Origin: Polynucleobacter meluiroseus
GTDB lineage: Bacteria > Pseudomonadota > Gammaproteobacteria > Burkholderiales > Burkholderiaceae
DNA: 32,000 nt
Direction of reading: 5' to 3'
Assembly: GCA_945881875.1 (NCBI GenBank)
Contig: CAMCVH010000006.1
Span: 34,500-66,499, forward strand
The position numbers and the translations under genes were made by a program. Below are positions 1 to 10,472 of the stretch, piece by piece (positions within the stretch are counted from its first letter, which is position 1; each line of letters opens with the position of its first letter). The notes beneath the pieces are model-generated. The model did no database searches. It was not told the DNA's origin and saw nothing but the letters and a program-made list of their open reading frames with translations.

Positions 1-1280
1 TCTTTAGCAATATACATCGCTATTTGCCTAGGTCTTGCTATATTCGCAGGGCGCTTTTTCGAGTACATATCAGCAATTTTTATATTGTAAAAATCAGCGA
101 CAGTTTTTTGTATATTTTCTACAGAGATCTGCCTATTTTGAACCGATAGCAAGTCTTTAAGTGCCTCCCGGGCAACTTCAATTGTTATTTCTTTACCATG
201 GAATCTCACATAGGCCAGAATTTTACGTAAAGCACCTTCGAGCTCACGGACGTTAGACCTCAGATGTTTAGCAACAAAAAACGCCACATCTTCGGTAAGG
301 GGTAAACCTTCGGAAAGTGCTTTTTTCATCAGAATAGCAACCCGCATCTCTAATTCAGGCGGCTCAATAGCAACGGTTAAGCCAGAATCAAATCTAGAAA
401 TTAAGCGATCATCAATACCCGATATCTCTTTTGGATAAGTATCGCTTGTCATGATGACTTGGGATTTGTTGGCTGTTAAAGCCTCAAAGGCATAGAAAAA
501 TTCTTCTTGAGAGCGCGGTTTCCCAGCAAAAAACTGTATATCGTCAATTAAGAGCAGGTCAAGGGAATGGTAATACTGCTTAAATTTATCAAAAGATTTT
601 TGTTGATAAGCCTTAACCACGTCCGATACATATTGCTCGGCATGAATGTAACGAATTTTAGCTTTTGGTTTTTCTTGTAACAAATGATTGCCAATAGCAT
701 GTAACAAGTGCGTTTTACCTAGACCAACACCGCCATATAAATACATCGGGTTATAAGAAGAACCGGGGTTGTTAGCTACCTGAATAGCTGCTGCACGAGC
801 TAACTGGTTGGCTTTACCCGTTACAAAACTATCAAAAGTTAGACTAGGATTAAGCCGCGAGCGTCCATCAATACCAATGCTGGGGACTTCGGCAACCATG
901 TCGCTAAAATCATTATTGTGAGATTGGGGGGTGTTTTCAAACGATTCAATTAAAAATTCAGATTGCTTATCCGCTGTATTAACCAGCTTAACTTTAGGAT
1001 CCAAGACCCACTCTACTGTCACAGGGCGGCCATAAAAGTTTTGCGATAGTTCAACAAACCTTTGATTAAATTGGTTTTTTGCCCAATCAAGTTTAAATCT
1101 ATTAGGAGCCGCTAAAGACAAAACATTATCTGTATCATTGAAGCCTAAGGCAAACAATGGCTTGATCCATGTTTTAAATTGTTGTGGCGACAGCTCCTTA
1201 GAGAAGGAAGTTGTCACAAACGCCCAAAATGTCTCAAGGTTGTTATTTGCCGTTAAAGCGGAATTTGTCAAAGTATTCAT
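1..1280 (-). CDS. dnaA: Chromosomal replication initiator protein DnaA (partial; C-terminal end runs off the left edge)
   Basis: Not in the ORF track because it is open at the edge. My minus-strand translation from ATG (cat at 1278-1280) gives [42 protein letters not shown]. Walker [17 protein letters not shown] is encoded around 700-745. The domain IV motif [12 protein letters not shown] is encoded in the first ~70 nt. The gene lies divergent from rpmH, as is typical. Confidence 0.9.
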   Translation of the reverse strand, partial: MNTLTNSALTANNNLETFWAFVTTSFSKELSPQQFKTWIKPLFALGFNDTDNVLSLAAPNRFKLDWAKNQFNQRFVELSQNFYGRPVTVEWVLDPKVKLVNTADKQSEFLIESFENTPQSHNNDFSDMVAEVPSIGIDGRSRLNPSLTFDSFVTGKANQLARAAAIQVANNPGSSYNPMYLYGGVGLGKTHLLHAIGNHLLQEKPKAKIRYIHAEQYVSDVVKAYQQKSFDKFKQYYHSLDLLLIDDIQFFAGKPRSQEEFFYAFEALTANKSQVIMTSDTYPKEISGIDDRLISRFDSGLTVAIEPPELEMRVAILMKKALSEGLPLTEDVAFFVAKHLRSNVRELEGALRKILAYVRFHGKEITIEVAREALKDLLSVQNRQISVENIQKTVADFYNIKIADMYSKKRPANIARPRQIAMYIAK

Positions 1281-1300
1281 ATTCAGAACGCAATTGTAGT

Positions 1301-1352
1301 TGCGGATAAAAGTTATCCACAAAGGATAAGTCGGTGGATAAGCTGTGGATAA
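1301..1352. promoter_or_regulatory. Cluster of four DnaA boxes in the dnaA-rpmH intergenic region (dnaA autoregulation and/or part of oriC)
   Basis: Two boxes match the consensus exactly: TTATCCACA at 1313-1321 (9/9) and TGTGGATAA at 1344-1352 (9/9). Two have one mismatch each: tgcggataa at 1301-1309 and ggtggataa at 1333-1341. An AT-rich tract follows at about 1365-1435. Confidence 0.7.
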
Positions 1353-1480
1353 CATGTTTACAAGTCAGAAAATTTATAAAAAACAACAAGATGCTTATGT
1401 GAATAAAAATTTTTTCTGTAAATATCTATTGACGCCCCTTTTTTATAAAGCGAAAATACAGGGTTAGTTAGGAAACAATT

Positions 1481-1615
1481 ATGAAACGTACATATCAACC
1501 ATCAGTAACCCGTCGTAAACGTACCCATGGCTTTCGTGTTCGCATGAAAACAAAGGGTGGACGTCACGTTTTAAATGCGCGCCGTGGAAAAGGGCGTAAG
1601 CGCCTCGCTGTTTAA
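1481..1615 (+). CDS. rpmH: 50S ribosomal protein L34
   Basis: Below the ORF-track cutoff. My translation is [44 protein letters not shown], a near-canonical L34 sequence. GGAAAC lies upstream and TAA is at 1613-1615. Confidence 0.95.
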   Translation: MKRTYQPSVTRRKRTHGFRVRMKTKGGRHVLNARRGKGRKRLAV

Positions 1616-1649
1616 AAAACAGCAAGATCAGATAAGCTTTAGAGCGAGC

Positions 1650-1994
1650 ATGAGTTTGCCTCGCTCTTTAAGTCTTTCTGACCCAGAAGCCATTCGGAAG
1701 ATATTGGCTCAAAAACCTAAAACAAGTAAATATATAGCAGCCCATCATTTAATCGATGAGGGCTCAGGCTTTGCGTTAACTGTGCCAAAAAAACTCGCAA
1801 AACGAGCTATTGATAGAAATAGAATTAAACGTCTAATGCGTGAAATTTACAGAACGGCACCTATTTCACCGGAACCACAGCTGCTCGTACTTCGGCTAAG
1901 GAAAAAGATTGGCGATAAGACAAAACATAGGCTTAGAGAGCAAGAAAGAAATGAAATACGCTCAGAGTTAATAGGACTTGCCTTGCAAAAATGA
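1650..1994 (+). CDS. rnpA: Ribonuclease P protein component
   Basis: The position immediately after rpmH is the conserved one. The product is basic, with the KRAIDRNRIKRLMRE (RNR-type) motif. The ORF track opens at 1575 but that start overlaps rpmH, so the internal ATG at 1650 (MSLPRSL...) gives a more typical ~114 aa. The start is uncertain. Confidence 0.85.
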   Translation: MSLPRSLSLSDPEAIRKILAQKPKTSKYIAAHHLIDEGSGFALTVPKKLAKRAIDRNRIKRLMREIYRTAPISPEPQLLVLRLRKKIGDKTKHRLREQERNEIRSELIGLALQK

Positions 1995-2221
1995 TCTCTA
2001 AAGCATTACAGGCACTAATACGGCTTTATCAGATAACCCTAAGTCCCTTTTGGGGAGCGCAATGCCGATTTTATCCAACTTGTTCATGTTACGCTGTTGA
2101 GGCACTTAAACAGCATGGAGCGTTGAAGGGTAGTTATTTGGCGCTCTATAGAATTTGTCGTTGCAACCCTTGGGCTCGGGGCGGTATAGATCTGGTTCCC
2201 GAAAAGGTCATCAAGAAATAA
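1991..2221 (+). CDS. yidD: Membrane protein insertion efficiency factor YidD
   Basis: 76 aa with the CRFYPTCSCYAVEAL and CNPW motifs. It has a 4-nt ATGA overlap with rnpA and lies upstream of yidC. Confidence 0.9.
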   Translation: MISKALQALIRLYQITLSPFWGAQCRFYPTCSCYAVEALKQHGALKGSYLALYRICRCNPWARGGIDLVPEKVIKK

Positions 2222-2270
2222 TCTTCTCACACTACAATTGGCGATTAGCTAATTAATACAGAAAAAAACA

Positions 2271-3959
2271 ATGGATATTAGAAAAACGCTTCTTTGGGCA
2301 ATCTTTACAATTTCAGCTATTTTGCTGTTTGATAACTGGCAAACGCATAATGGTCAATCATCCATGTTTGGATCAAGCAAAAAGGCTGAGACAACTCAGG
2401 AGCCTAATAAACCTAAACAAGATTTACCAAAACCAATTGTTTCTACTTCAACTGTTAGCCCAGTTGCGCCAGCAAACCAAGTTTCTGCTGCAAAGGCGGG
2501 AGAAATTATTTCTCTGAAGAACGATGTTATAGAGTTGGATATCGATACATTGGGCGGTGCAATTGTTAAGGCAAAACTACTCAAACACCTAGAGGAAGAT
2601 AAAATACCGGTTTCATTATTCGACAAGAGTAGTGAGCGCCAGTACTTTGCGCGAAGTGGTTTGGTTTCCGCATCAGGAGTTGAGTTACCAAATCATACCC
2701 AGGTATTTTCTGTATCCAAAAAAACAACCAATGATTCAGTCACGTTAACGGCAGAAAAAAATGGCGTTCGTTTAGAAAAAATATACGCGTTAACAGAGGG
2801 CTCTTATTTAATAGATGCCAAGCATGTCGTTAAAAATATAAGCGCACAAAATCTAGATGCAACAATTTATGCAGAGATAGTAAGAGATGGTGGTAAGCCT
2901 TCTTACAAGGGAAAAGTTGAAGATAGTTCTTTCTACAATACATTTACTGGGCCAGCAATTTATACAGACGCTGAGAAATTTTTAAAGCTTGAGTTTTCAG
3001 ATATAGAAAAAGGTAAGGCAAAAACTCCCGGAACTCAAATGGCCGGACAGCCAACTTGGGTTGCAATGATCCAACATTACTTTACTTCCGCTTGGATTCC
3101 ATCCACTGCTTATCAAAAAGATTTGTATGTTGAGATGTTAGAAAAGAATCAATACCGCGTTGGGGTTAAGTCTAAATTAGAGCCAATTGGTATCGGTCAA
3201 GAAATAACAGAAAGCCTAAAGCTTTTTGTTGGTCCGCAACAAGAAAGTGTTTTAGAAAGTATTGCACCAGGACTTGAATTGGTAAAAGATTATGGCTGGT
3301 TAACTATTCTTGCTAAGCCCATTTTTTGGTTATTAGAAAAAATACACGGCATTGTTAATAACTGGGGTTGGTCGATTATTTTATTGACTGTTCTCATTAA
3401 GCTTTTATTCTTCCCCTTATCTGCAGCTAGCTACAAATCAATGGCGAAAATGAAATTGGTTCAACCAAGGCTCATGGAAATGAAAGAGCGCTTTAAGGGT
3501 GAGCCACAAAAATTAAATCAAGGCATGATGGAGATGTATCGAAAAGAGAAGATCAACCCTTTAGGCGGTTGTCTTCCCGTAGTTGTTCAGATTCCGGTAT
3601 TCATTGCTTTATATTGGGTTCTATTGGCCTCAGTTGAAATGCGCGGAGCTCCTTGGCTTGGCTGGATTCAGGATTTATCACAGCCAGATACTTTGTTTGG
3701 AGTTTGGTTTGGGGCACCGATTGGCTTGTTACCAATCATCATGGCAGTTTCGATGTTTATTCAAGTGAAATTAAACCCAACGCCACCTGATCCACTTCAG
3801 GCAAAGTTAATGATGTATATGCCGTTGATATTTTCAGTCATGTTCTTTTTCTTCCCGTCAGGATTGGTTCTTTACTGGGTTGTCAATAACATCTTATCAA
3901 TTGCACAGCAGTGGCAAATTAATAGAGTTTATGGTGACGGTAATAAAAAGCCAGCTTAA
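2271..3959 (+). CDS. yidC: Membrane protein insertase YidC
   Basis: 562 aa with an N-terminal TM segment, a large periplasmic domain and a C-terminal 60-kDa insertase core (PLGGCLPVVVQIPVFIALYWVL, SGLVLYWVVNNILSIAQQ). Confidence 0.95.
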   Translation: MDIRKTLLWAIFTISAILLFDNWQTHNGQSSMFGSSKKAETTQEPNKPKQDLPKPIVSTSTVSPVAPANQVSAAKAGEIISLKNDVIELDIDTLGGAIVKAKLLKHLEEDKIPVSLFDKSSERQYFARSGLVSASGVELPNHTQVFSVSKKTTNDSVTLTAEKNGVRLEKIYALTEGSYLIDAKHVVKNISAQNLDATIYAEIVRDGGKPSYKGKVEDSSFYNTFTGPAIYTDAEKFLKLEFSDIEKGKAKTPGTQMAGQPTWVAMIQHYFTSAWIPSTAYQKDLYVEMLEKNQYRVGVKSKLEPIGIGQEITESLKLFVGPQQESVLESIAPGLELVKDYGWLTILAKPIFWLLEKIHGIVNNWGWSIILLTVLIKLLFFPLSAASYKSMAKMKLVQPRLMEMKERFKGEPQKLNQGMMEMYRKEKINPLGGCLPVVVQIPVFIALYWVLLASVEMRGAPWLGWIQDLSQPDTLFGVWFGAPIGLLPIIMAVSMFIQVKLNPTPPDPLQAKLMMYMPLIFSVMFFFFPSGLVLYWVVNNILSIAQQWQINRVYGDGNKKPA

Positions 3960-3961
3960 GT

Positions 3962-5335
3962 ATGACAATGCAGCGCGATCCAATCATTGCTATTGCAACA
4001 GCCAAGGGTCGCGCTAGCGTAGGTATCATCAGGTTGTCGGGTCAGGGGGTCTTACCTTTAAGTAAGGCCCTTTGTCATTCTGAGTTGGTTCCACGCCACG
4101 CAAGCTTAATTAAATTCAATGATGAAAAGCAGGAACCAATTGATGAGGGTTTAGCTATTTTCTTTCAAGCTCCCAACTCTTATACGGGCGAAGATGTATT
4201 AGAGCTTCAGTGTCATGGAAGCTCAGCGGCTCTGGGGGTTTTGTTGGATCATTGTTTAAAGCTTGGATTACCTTACGGTCTTCGTTTAGCTCAGCCAGGT
4301 GAATTTACAGAGCGAGCTTTTTTAAATGGCAAGATTGATTTGGCACAGGCAGAAGCAATTGCAGACTTAATAGATGCGAGCAGTAGCTTGGCTGCAAAAA
4401 GTGCAGCTAAGTCGCTTAAGGGTGAGTTCTCAAAGAAGATCGATATTTTTCTAAAGTCTTTGATTGAGCTTAGAGCTTTAACCGAGGCCACCTTAGATTT
4501 TCCCGAAGAGGAAATCGACTTTATTAAACAACATGACGTAATTAATAGGCTCAATAATATTTTGAGTAGCATCAGAGACGTTAAAAAAGCAGCCCAACAG
4601 GGCGCCATCATTAGAGATGGTTTAACGATTGTTTTAGTGGGCCAGCCCAATGTGGGGAAAAGTTCTTTAATGAATGCATTGGCGGGCGAGGAGGTTGCTA
4701 TTGTGACTGATGTTGCCGGTACAACTCGTGATCGATTAAAAGAAACTGTTCAAATTGATGGCATACCCCTTCATATTGTTGATACCGCAGGGCTCAGAGA
4801 AACTAGCGATAGCGTCGAACAAATTGGTATCGAGAGAACTTGGAAATCAATTGAAGAAGCTGATTTAGTTTTACATTTAATGGATGCAACTCATGGCGCC
4901 CATGTTTCAGAAACCGACAAATTACTCATTCATAGAATTCAACAGGTTTGCTCAAAGCAAGTTCCCGTTAAGATGGTTTGGAACAAAATTGACCAGTTGC
5001 CGACTTTGAAAAAAGCTATTGATGAAGAAATTTATGTTTCTGCTAAAACAGGCCAGGGCTTGGATGATCTGAAAAAAGAACTACTACAAATAGCAGGGTG
5101 GCAACCTGAAGCCGAGGGCGGCATTTTGGCAAGAAAGCGCCACATTGAGGCATTGCTAGAAGCAGAGTCCCACATAACAGAGGCACTAAAGTTGCTTCTT
5201 AAAGAAGCTCAATTTATTGACCTTGCAGCAGAGGAAATGCGCTTGGCTCAAGAGTCATTAGCTAGGATAACAGGACAGTTTTTACCAGACGATTTACTGG
5301 GCGAGATTTTTAGTACCTTTTGCATTGGTAAATAA
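3962..5335 (+). CDS. mnmE: tRNA uridine-5-carboxymethylaminomethyl(34) synthesis GTPase MnmE
   Basis: 457 aa with the G1 motif GQPNVGKSSLMNAL, DTAGLRE, NKID and the hallmark C-terminal CIGK. It occupies the conserved position after yidC. Confidence 0.95.
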   Translation: MTMQRDPIIAIATAKGRASVGIIRLSGQGVLPLSKALCHSELVPRHASLIKFNDEKQEPIDEGLAIFFQAPNSYTGEDVLELQCHGSSAALGVLLDHCLKLGLPYGLRLAQPGEFTERAFLNGKIDLAQAEAIADLIDASSSLAAKSAAKSLKGEFSKKIDIFLKSLIELRALTEATLDFPEEEIDFIKQHDVINRLNNILSSIRDVKKAAQQGAIIRDGLTIVLVGQPNVGKSSLMNALAGEEVAIVTDVAGTTRDRLKETVQIDGIPLHIVDTAGLRETSDSVEQIGIERTWKSIEEADLVLHLMDATHGAHVSETDKLLIHRIQQVCSKQVPVKMVWNKIDQLPTLKKAIDEEIYVSAKTGQGLDDLKKELLQIAGWQPEAEGGILARKRHIEALLEAESHITEALKLLLKEAQFIDLAAEEMRLAQESLARITGQFLPDDLLGEIFSTFCIGK

Positions 5336-5341
5336 TTAAAA

Positions 5342-6220
5342 ATGCAATTTGATCAAATTGTTATGGCTGGTGGGGGTAACCGTTGTTGGTGGCAGGCCGG
5401 ATTTTGGCATCTTTTAAATGAAACCTATCCGCAAAAGCCAAGCAGAATAGTTGCAATTAGCGCAGGAGCAGCCACCGCATGCTTGCTGTATGTAAGACCC
5501 GGTCAAGAAGGCGCTCAATGGGGTCTTAATTATTATGCGAAAGCTTTAGCCAATGTCACAAATAATGTTAATTGGCTTAATTTGTTCAGTTCTAAACCAT
5601 TATTTCCCCACGATCAGCTATACAGAGCAGCGCTTAAAAATATCATCGGCGATGGATTTGCGCAATTAAAAACAGCTCCTCAAATCATGATCGGTCTTGC
5701 GCAGGTGCCAAGTTGGTTAGGCCCTAGAACAGCAGTTGCAGTTGGCTTGTCAATTTATAACTTAGAAAAATATTTAAAAAAAAGCCTCCATCCTGTTTTA
5801 GGAAAAAAGCTGGGCTTTGAAAGAGTTTTTATATCTGCACAATCTTGTGAGAAGTTAGAAGAGTTGGTGGAATTAATACTCCAGTCTTCTTGTACTCCAC
5901 CCTTTACGCCTGTGATGTACAGGGAGGGGGCAGCGGTTTTGGATGGTGGGCTTGTTGACAATGTACCGATTGATGGATTGTTACCGGCGCTACCAGGGGA
6001 CAGACCTCAGGAGGCCCTCGTTCTTTTAACTAGACGCTATCCTTATCCGGATTGCTTCGTTAAAGAGCTTCCAGGCCTTCGTTTAACTTATGTTCAACCA
6101 CAAACACCTATACTCATTTCAAGCTGGGATTATTCAAAACACCAGTTGATGCCTTTAGCTTATGAACAAGGGCGTAAAGATGCGAAAAATATCATTTTTT
6201 CTAAAGCATTTGATGGGTAA
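5342..6220 (+). CDS. Patatin-like phospholipase family protein
   Basis: N-terminal glycine-rich loop (MAGGGNRCWWQAG), a nucleophile-elbow-like ISAGAA, and the catalytic Asp motif LDGGLVDNVP. Confidence 0.7.
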   Translation: MQFDQIVMAGGGNRCWWQAGFWHLLNETYPQKPSRIVAISAGAATACLLYVRPGQEGAQWGLNYYAKALANVTNNVNWLNLFSSKPLFPHDQLYRAALKNIIGDGFAQLKTAPQIMIGLAQVPSWLGPRTAVAVGLSIYNLEKYLKKSLHPVLGKKLGFERVFISAQSCEKLEELVELILQSSCTPPFTPVMYREGAAVLDGGLVDNVPIDGLLPALPGDRPQEALVLLTRRYPYPDCFVKELPGLRLTYVQPQTPILISSWDYSKHQLMPLAYEQGRKDAKNIIFSKAFDG

Positions 6221-6319
6221 GTAGCGAGTTCTTTAGATGGGAAAACAGCCCTCCAGTTACAAGGTCTTGAGAGCTCCAAAGTGGTATCCTTACGGTATTC
6301 CAATTAATAAAAACTAACC

Positions 6320-8185
6320 ATGAACGAACCTATCATGAAGGGTGTGGCCCCTATTAATGCGCCATCTTATGTTAAACATCAGAAACTAATAGACTGGGTA
6401 ACTGAAATCTGTGCCTTGACCCAGCCTGATAGCGTGTATTGGTGTGACGGATCCGAGGAGGAGTACGATCATTTGTGCGCCAAAATGGTCGAATCTGGAA
6501 CACTTAAGAAGTTAAATCCAGCAAAAAGAAAAAATTCGTATTTAGCCTGTTCTGACCCGAGTGACGTAGCCCGGGTTGAAGACCGCACATATATCTGCTC
6601 TGCAAATAAAGAGGATGCTGGTCCAACTAATAATTGGATGAATCCTACTGAGATGAGATCGACCTTACAGCCACTATTTGCTGGCAGTATGAAGGGCAGA
6701 ACCCTTTATGTAGTGCCTTTTTCAATGGGCCCATTAGGCTCACCAATTGCTCATATTGGTGTTGAGCTGTCCGATAGCCCTTATGTTGTTATTAATATGC
6801 GCGTTATGACTCGTATGGGTAAGGGAGTGTTTGAAGTTTTAGGTAGCGACGGCCCATTTGTACCTTGTGTACATACGGTCGGCAAGCCTTTGGCAGCTGG
6901 AGAAAAAGACGTTGCTTGGCCTTGTAACGCAACTAAGTACATTGTTCACTACCCAGAAACGCGTGAAATTTGGTCTTATGGATCGGGTTACGGTGGAAAT
7001 GCTTTGCTGGGTAAGAAGTGTTTTGCTTTAAGAATTGCCTCGACTATGGGTCGTGACCAAGGCTGGTTGGCCGAGCACATGTTAATTTTGGGCGTTACTT
7101 CACCTGAGGGCAAAAAGTACCATGTTGCCGCAGCTTTTCCATCGGCATGTGGCAAAACAAATTTTGCGATGTTAATTCCTCCTCAAGGTTTTGAGGGTTG
7201 GAAAGTAACAACAATTGGTGATGACATTGCTTGGATCAAGCCACGTAATGATAAGACAGGCCAAAAAAGACTATTCGCAATTAATCCAGAAGCAGGTTAC
7301 TTTGGTGTCGCACCAGGCACAAATACCCTAACTAATGCTAATTGCATGGCCTCTTTAAACGAGAACGTTATCTTTACTAACGTTGCCTTAACCGATGATG
7401 GTGATGTTTGGTGGGAGGGAATGACCGATAAAGCCCCTGATCACTTAATTGATTGGCAAGGTAAGGATTGGTCGCCAGCTGATGGCATCAATGGTCGAAA
7501 AGCTTCTCACCCAAATGCACGCTTTACTGTTGCCGCAACCAACAACCCGGTCATTGATCCAGAATGGAATAATCCGGATGGTGTAGCTATTGATGCGTTT
7601 ATTTTTGGCGGTCGTCGTTCAACTACAGTTCCACTAGTTACGGAAGCTCGTAACTGGATAGAGGGTGTTTACATGGCAGCGACCATGGGTTCAGAAACAA
7701 CTGCTGCAGCAGCTGGTCAGCAGGGTATTGTTAGACGTGACCCATTTGCAATGTTGCCGTTTGCTGGTTACAACATGAGCGACTATTTCCAACATTGGTT
7801 AGATATGGGTAAAAAGCTCTCTGCAGAGGGCGCCAATTTGCCAAGCATTTTTTGCGTTAATTGGTTCCGTAAAGACGATGGCGGTAAATTTGTTTGGCCA
7901 GGTTACGGAGAAAACATGCGCGTCTTAGCTTGGATGTTGGAGCGCCTTGAAGGTAAATCCAAAGGTCAAGAAAATATCTTTGGTACTACGCCATCTCACG
8001 CAGACCTTAACTGGTCGGGTCTTGATTTCACAGCAGAGCAATTTAACAAAGTAACTTCAATTGACAAATCAGCATGGCAAGATGAAATGAAGTTGCATGA
8101 TCAGCTTTTTGAGCAACTTTCTTATCATTTACCAAAAGAGTTGGTTGATACGAAAAAAGCACTTGAGGCTCGTTTAGTTGGTTAA
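6320..8185 (+). CDS. pckG: Phosphoenolpyruvate carboxykinase (GTP)
   Basis: 621 aa with the kinase-1a loop FPSACGKTN, plus [18 protein letters not shown] and WMLERL, all typical of GTP-dependent PEPCK. Confidence 0.95.
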   Translation: MNEPIMKGVAPINAPSYVKHQKLIDWVTEICALTQPDSVYWCDGSEEEYDHLCAKMVESGTLKKLNPAKRKNSYLACSDPSDVARVEDRTYICSANKEDAGPTNNWMNPTEMRSTLQPLFAGSMKGRTLYVVPFSMGPLGSPIAHIGVELSDSPYVVINMRVMTRMGKGVFEVLGSDGPFVPCVHTVGKPLAAGEKDVAWPCNATKYIVHYPETREIWSYGSGYGGNALLGKKCFALRIASTMGRDQGWLAEHMLILGVTSPEGKKYHVAAAFPSACGKTNFAMLIPPQGFEGWKVTTIGDDIAWIKPRNDKTGQKRLFAINPEAGYFGVAPGTNTLTNANCMASLNENVIFTNVALTDDGDVWWEGMTDKAPDHLIDWQGKDWSPADGINGRKASHPNARFTVAATNNPVIDPEWNNPDGVAIDAFIFGGRRSTTVPLVTEARNWIEGVYMAATMGSETTAAAAGQQGIVRRDPFAMLPFAGYNMSDYFQHWLDMGKKLSAEGANLPSIFCVNWFRKDDGGKFVWPGYGENMRVLAWMLERLEGKSKGQENIFGTTPSHADLNWSGLDFTAEQFNKVTSIDKSAWQDEMKLHDQLFEQLSYHLPKELVDTKKALEARLVG

Positions 8186-8223
8186 CTAACCAGTTCTAGC
8201 ACCAAAAAAGTGTTTAAAGAAAA

Positions 8224-8242
8224 AGCCCCTTCAGAAGGGGCT
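8224..8242. terminator. Hairpin terminator between convergent pckG and the M23 peptidase gene (usable in both directions)
   Basis: AGCCCCTT (8224-8231) pairs with AAGGGGCT (8235-8242). AAAA lies on the left and TTTTT on the right. Confidence 0.6.
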
Positions 8243-8272
8243 TTTTAACAATGTTTGGTATTACTAGATAGG

Positions 8273-9193
8273 CTAATGTTCTTTCGGGATCATACTAGCT
8301 GGATTGATGTGAGCGCCCGCTCTTATTACTTCATAGTGCAGGTGTGGCCCCGAAGATCTTCCGGTGTTACCAACCTTGGCTATAACATCTCCACGCTTAA
8401 CCGTTTGGCCAGTTCTCACTAAAAGCTGGCTGGCGTGAGCATAACGCGTTACGAACCCCTCGGCATGCTTAATTTCAACCATGTTGCCATAATATGCTTC
8501 GTAACCAGCCCTACTTACAACCCCACCAGCTGATGCAATAATTGGTGTACCCACAGGTGCAGAAAAATCAAGCCCTTCGTGTCTTGCCATCATTTGAGTA
8601 AATGGATCAATCCGCAATCCGTAACCACTGCTCAAACTGTAGCTACCTTTTACTGGGAGCCCTGTAGGAAGGGTTCCCAACCAAGCCAGTTGCTTTGACC
8701 AGAGCTGATTAACCTCTTGGATATTCTTTTTAAAAACGGTGACGCTTTGTAGAGATTCATCAAGGGATTCAATTAAGTCAGAACCATTCGATGATTTAAG
8801 ATTTGCGGGCTTTAGTGGGCCGCCTTTTGAATTACCGCCTGGGATCTGGGATTTAACTGCGCTCGGAGTAGCCATTTCCATGAAGCGGTCTTTCATTTTT
8901 TGAATTTGGAGAAGCTCTTCACTAGTTGTTTGCAGGTTCTCTTGAATAAGCTGCAATTTTTCTTGATACGCTTTTTCTATCTTATCTTGTTCTGCTTGAG
9001 TTAAGACGCCGCCCATGGCGCGTGCGATGTCAGGACGTGCTTCAATGGCAATACGTAAACCAACAAAATGTAAGATGCCCCCAACGGCAATTAAAATCGC
9101 TGCAAGAATAGCAAGACCCATTGAGACTGTCCTCAAGGTAATTGATATTTTTCTAACGCGGCCCGTTGGACCAGAAACCCACATTAATTGCAT
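8273..9193 (-). CDS. M23 family metallopeptidase (LytM-domain murein endopeptidase-like) with N-terminal TM and coiled coil
   Basis: 306 aa with one N-terminal TM segment, a coiled-coil region, and a C-terminal LytM domain (HEGLDF, GNTGRSSGPHLHYEV). Confidence 0.85.
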   Translation of the reverse strand: MQLMWVSGPTGRVRKISITLRTVSMGLAILAAILIAVGGILHFVGLRIAIEARPDIARAMGGVLTQAEQDKIEKAYQEKLQLIQENLQTTSEELLQIQKMKDRFMEMATPSAVKSQIPGGNSKGGPLKPANLKSSNGSDLIESLDESLQSVTVFKKNIQEVNQLWSKQLAWLGTLPTGLPVKGSYSLSSGYGLRIDPFTQMMARHEGLDFSAPVGTPIIASAGGVVSRAGYEAYYGNMVEIKHAEGFVTRYAHASQLLVRTGQTVKRGDVIAKVGNTGRSSGPHLHYEVIRAGAHINPASMIPKEH

Positions 9194-9242
9194 GAATTAA
9201 GTTCAAATATAACAATCCTTCATTATAAAGCTAGACGACAAG

Positions 9243-10472
9243 ATGCCAAGCCCTAAACATATCTTTGATGCCGTTGTTGTTGGAGCAGGTATCGCGGGGG
9301 CATCCATCGTTAAGTCATTGAAAAATAACGATATAAATAATTTATTAGTGATTGATAAGGGCTTAAGCGGGGCAACTCAAACAAGCGCACATTCAGAAGC
9401 GCTATGCCATCCCTATATCGGTCGCGGCCCATCCAGGCTACAAAGACTCACATTTTTAGCATTTAATGAAGCGAGACAGGTTTGGGCAACAAGCTGGCGC
9501 GGCAATGGGGTTTTTCACTTACCTCGTAGCCAAGAGGGATTCAGTAAAGAGATTATGGGTGAGCGTTTACTTGAACAAGGATTCACCCCAGAAAAAGCCG
9601 TACCCTTAAGCAAGAAGGATGCGCTTGCCAAAATTAACGTTAACGCAGGAGGGACATACTTTCCTGAAGGCGGTTGGGTCAACATTCAGGGCGCATGTCA
9701 CGACGTTTTTGAAGCCCTGCTGCCATCTCAAGCAAGATGGTCAACAGAAGTTGATGTAATAAATTTTGAAAACGGCTGTTGGTATTTGCAAGACTCTAGT
9801 CACGAACTTATTGCAGTGACTAAGCGCTTGTTTTTAGCCAATGGCTTAGGTGCCCAAAGACTATGCGAGAGCATAAAGATTGATTTACCTCTAAAACCAG
9901 TAAGAGGGCAATTATCAAGATTTAGATTTAATCATGATTCATCATGGGTTGAGCATATGCCAAAAGTTGCTTTATCAGGAAAGGCTTATTGTTTGCCACC
10001 AGTCTTGGTTGAAAAGGATGCATATGAGTGGGTAATTGGCTCAACTTACGATGAAGGTGTGGATGACATAGATGAGTGGGATGAAAGCCATTTAGAAAAT
10101 AGTGCATTAATGAGGGAGATGCTGGGGCTTGAGTTGTTATCGGAAGAGTTAAAAGCGCACAGTGCATTTGTGGGGGTACGGTGCGTTGCCAATGATCGAC
10201 TACCCATTATTGGACCAGTAAAAGGGTACCAAGGGCTTTATACATTAACCTCTTTGGGTTCCAGGGGAGTGATGTGGTCTGCTTTAGCAAGCCAGATGTT
10301 CACCGAACATCTGGCACATGAGATCACTCACTCAGCTTTTTTAGATGCCCGTTTTTTTGCTGGAGCTCGTTTGGCGGCAGCTGGTTTAACATCTGATTTA
10401 GCAGGCGCCTTAGGGGCAGCTCGTTTTTTGGCGGGCGCCTCAAACTCAAAACTAATCTTGCCATCTGGCTGA
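9243..10472 (+). CDS. FAD-dependent oxidoreductase (DAO family; resembles the oxidase domain of MnmC)
   Basis: N-terminal dinucleotide-binding motif VVVGAGIAGAS. Its length and the C-terminal GLGSRG-like TSLGSRGVMW resemble the MnmC C-terminal domain. No methyltransferase domain is present. The last ~48 codons are antisense to the topoisomerase tail. Confidence 0.65.
   Translation: MPSPKHIFDAVVVGAGIAGASIVKSLKNNDINNLLVIDKGLSGATQTSAHSEALCHPYIGRGPSRLQRLTFLAFNEARQVWATSWRGNGVFHLPRSQEGFSKEIMGERLLEQGFTPEKAVPLSKKDALAKINVNAGGTYFPEGGWVNIQGACHDVFEALLPSQARWSTEVDVINFENGCWYLQDSSHELIAVTKRLFLANGLGAQRLCESIKIDLPLKPVRGQLSRFRFNHDSSWVEHMPKVALSGKAYCLPPVLVEKDAYEWVIGSTYDEGVDDIDEWDESHLENSALMREMLGLELLSEELKAHSAFVGVRCVANDRLPIIGPVKGYQGLYTLTSLGSRGVMWSALASQMFTEHLAHEITHSAFLDARFFAGARLAAAGLTSDLAGALGAARFLAGASNSKLILPSG

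Noticed and set aside
1575-1649. The 5' extension of rnpA that overlaps rpmH by 41 nt
   Set aside because: The extension ([25 protein letters not shown]) is the out-of-frame reading of the rpmH 3' end plus the spacer. RNase P proteins are about 115-130 aa, so the internal ATG at 1650 is more plausible.
2329-4650. Track ORFs inside or antisense to yidC and mnmE (2329-2517, 2396-2626, 3583-3768, 4291-4650)
   Set aside because: They are fully embedded in strongly supported genes, are low-complexity or frame-shadow translations, and have no independent signals.
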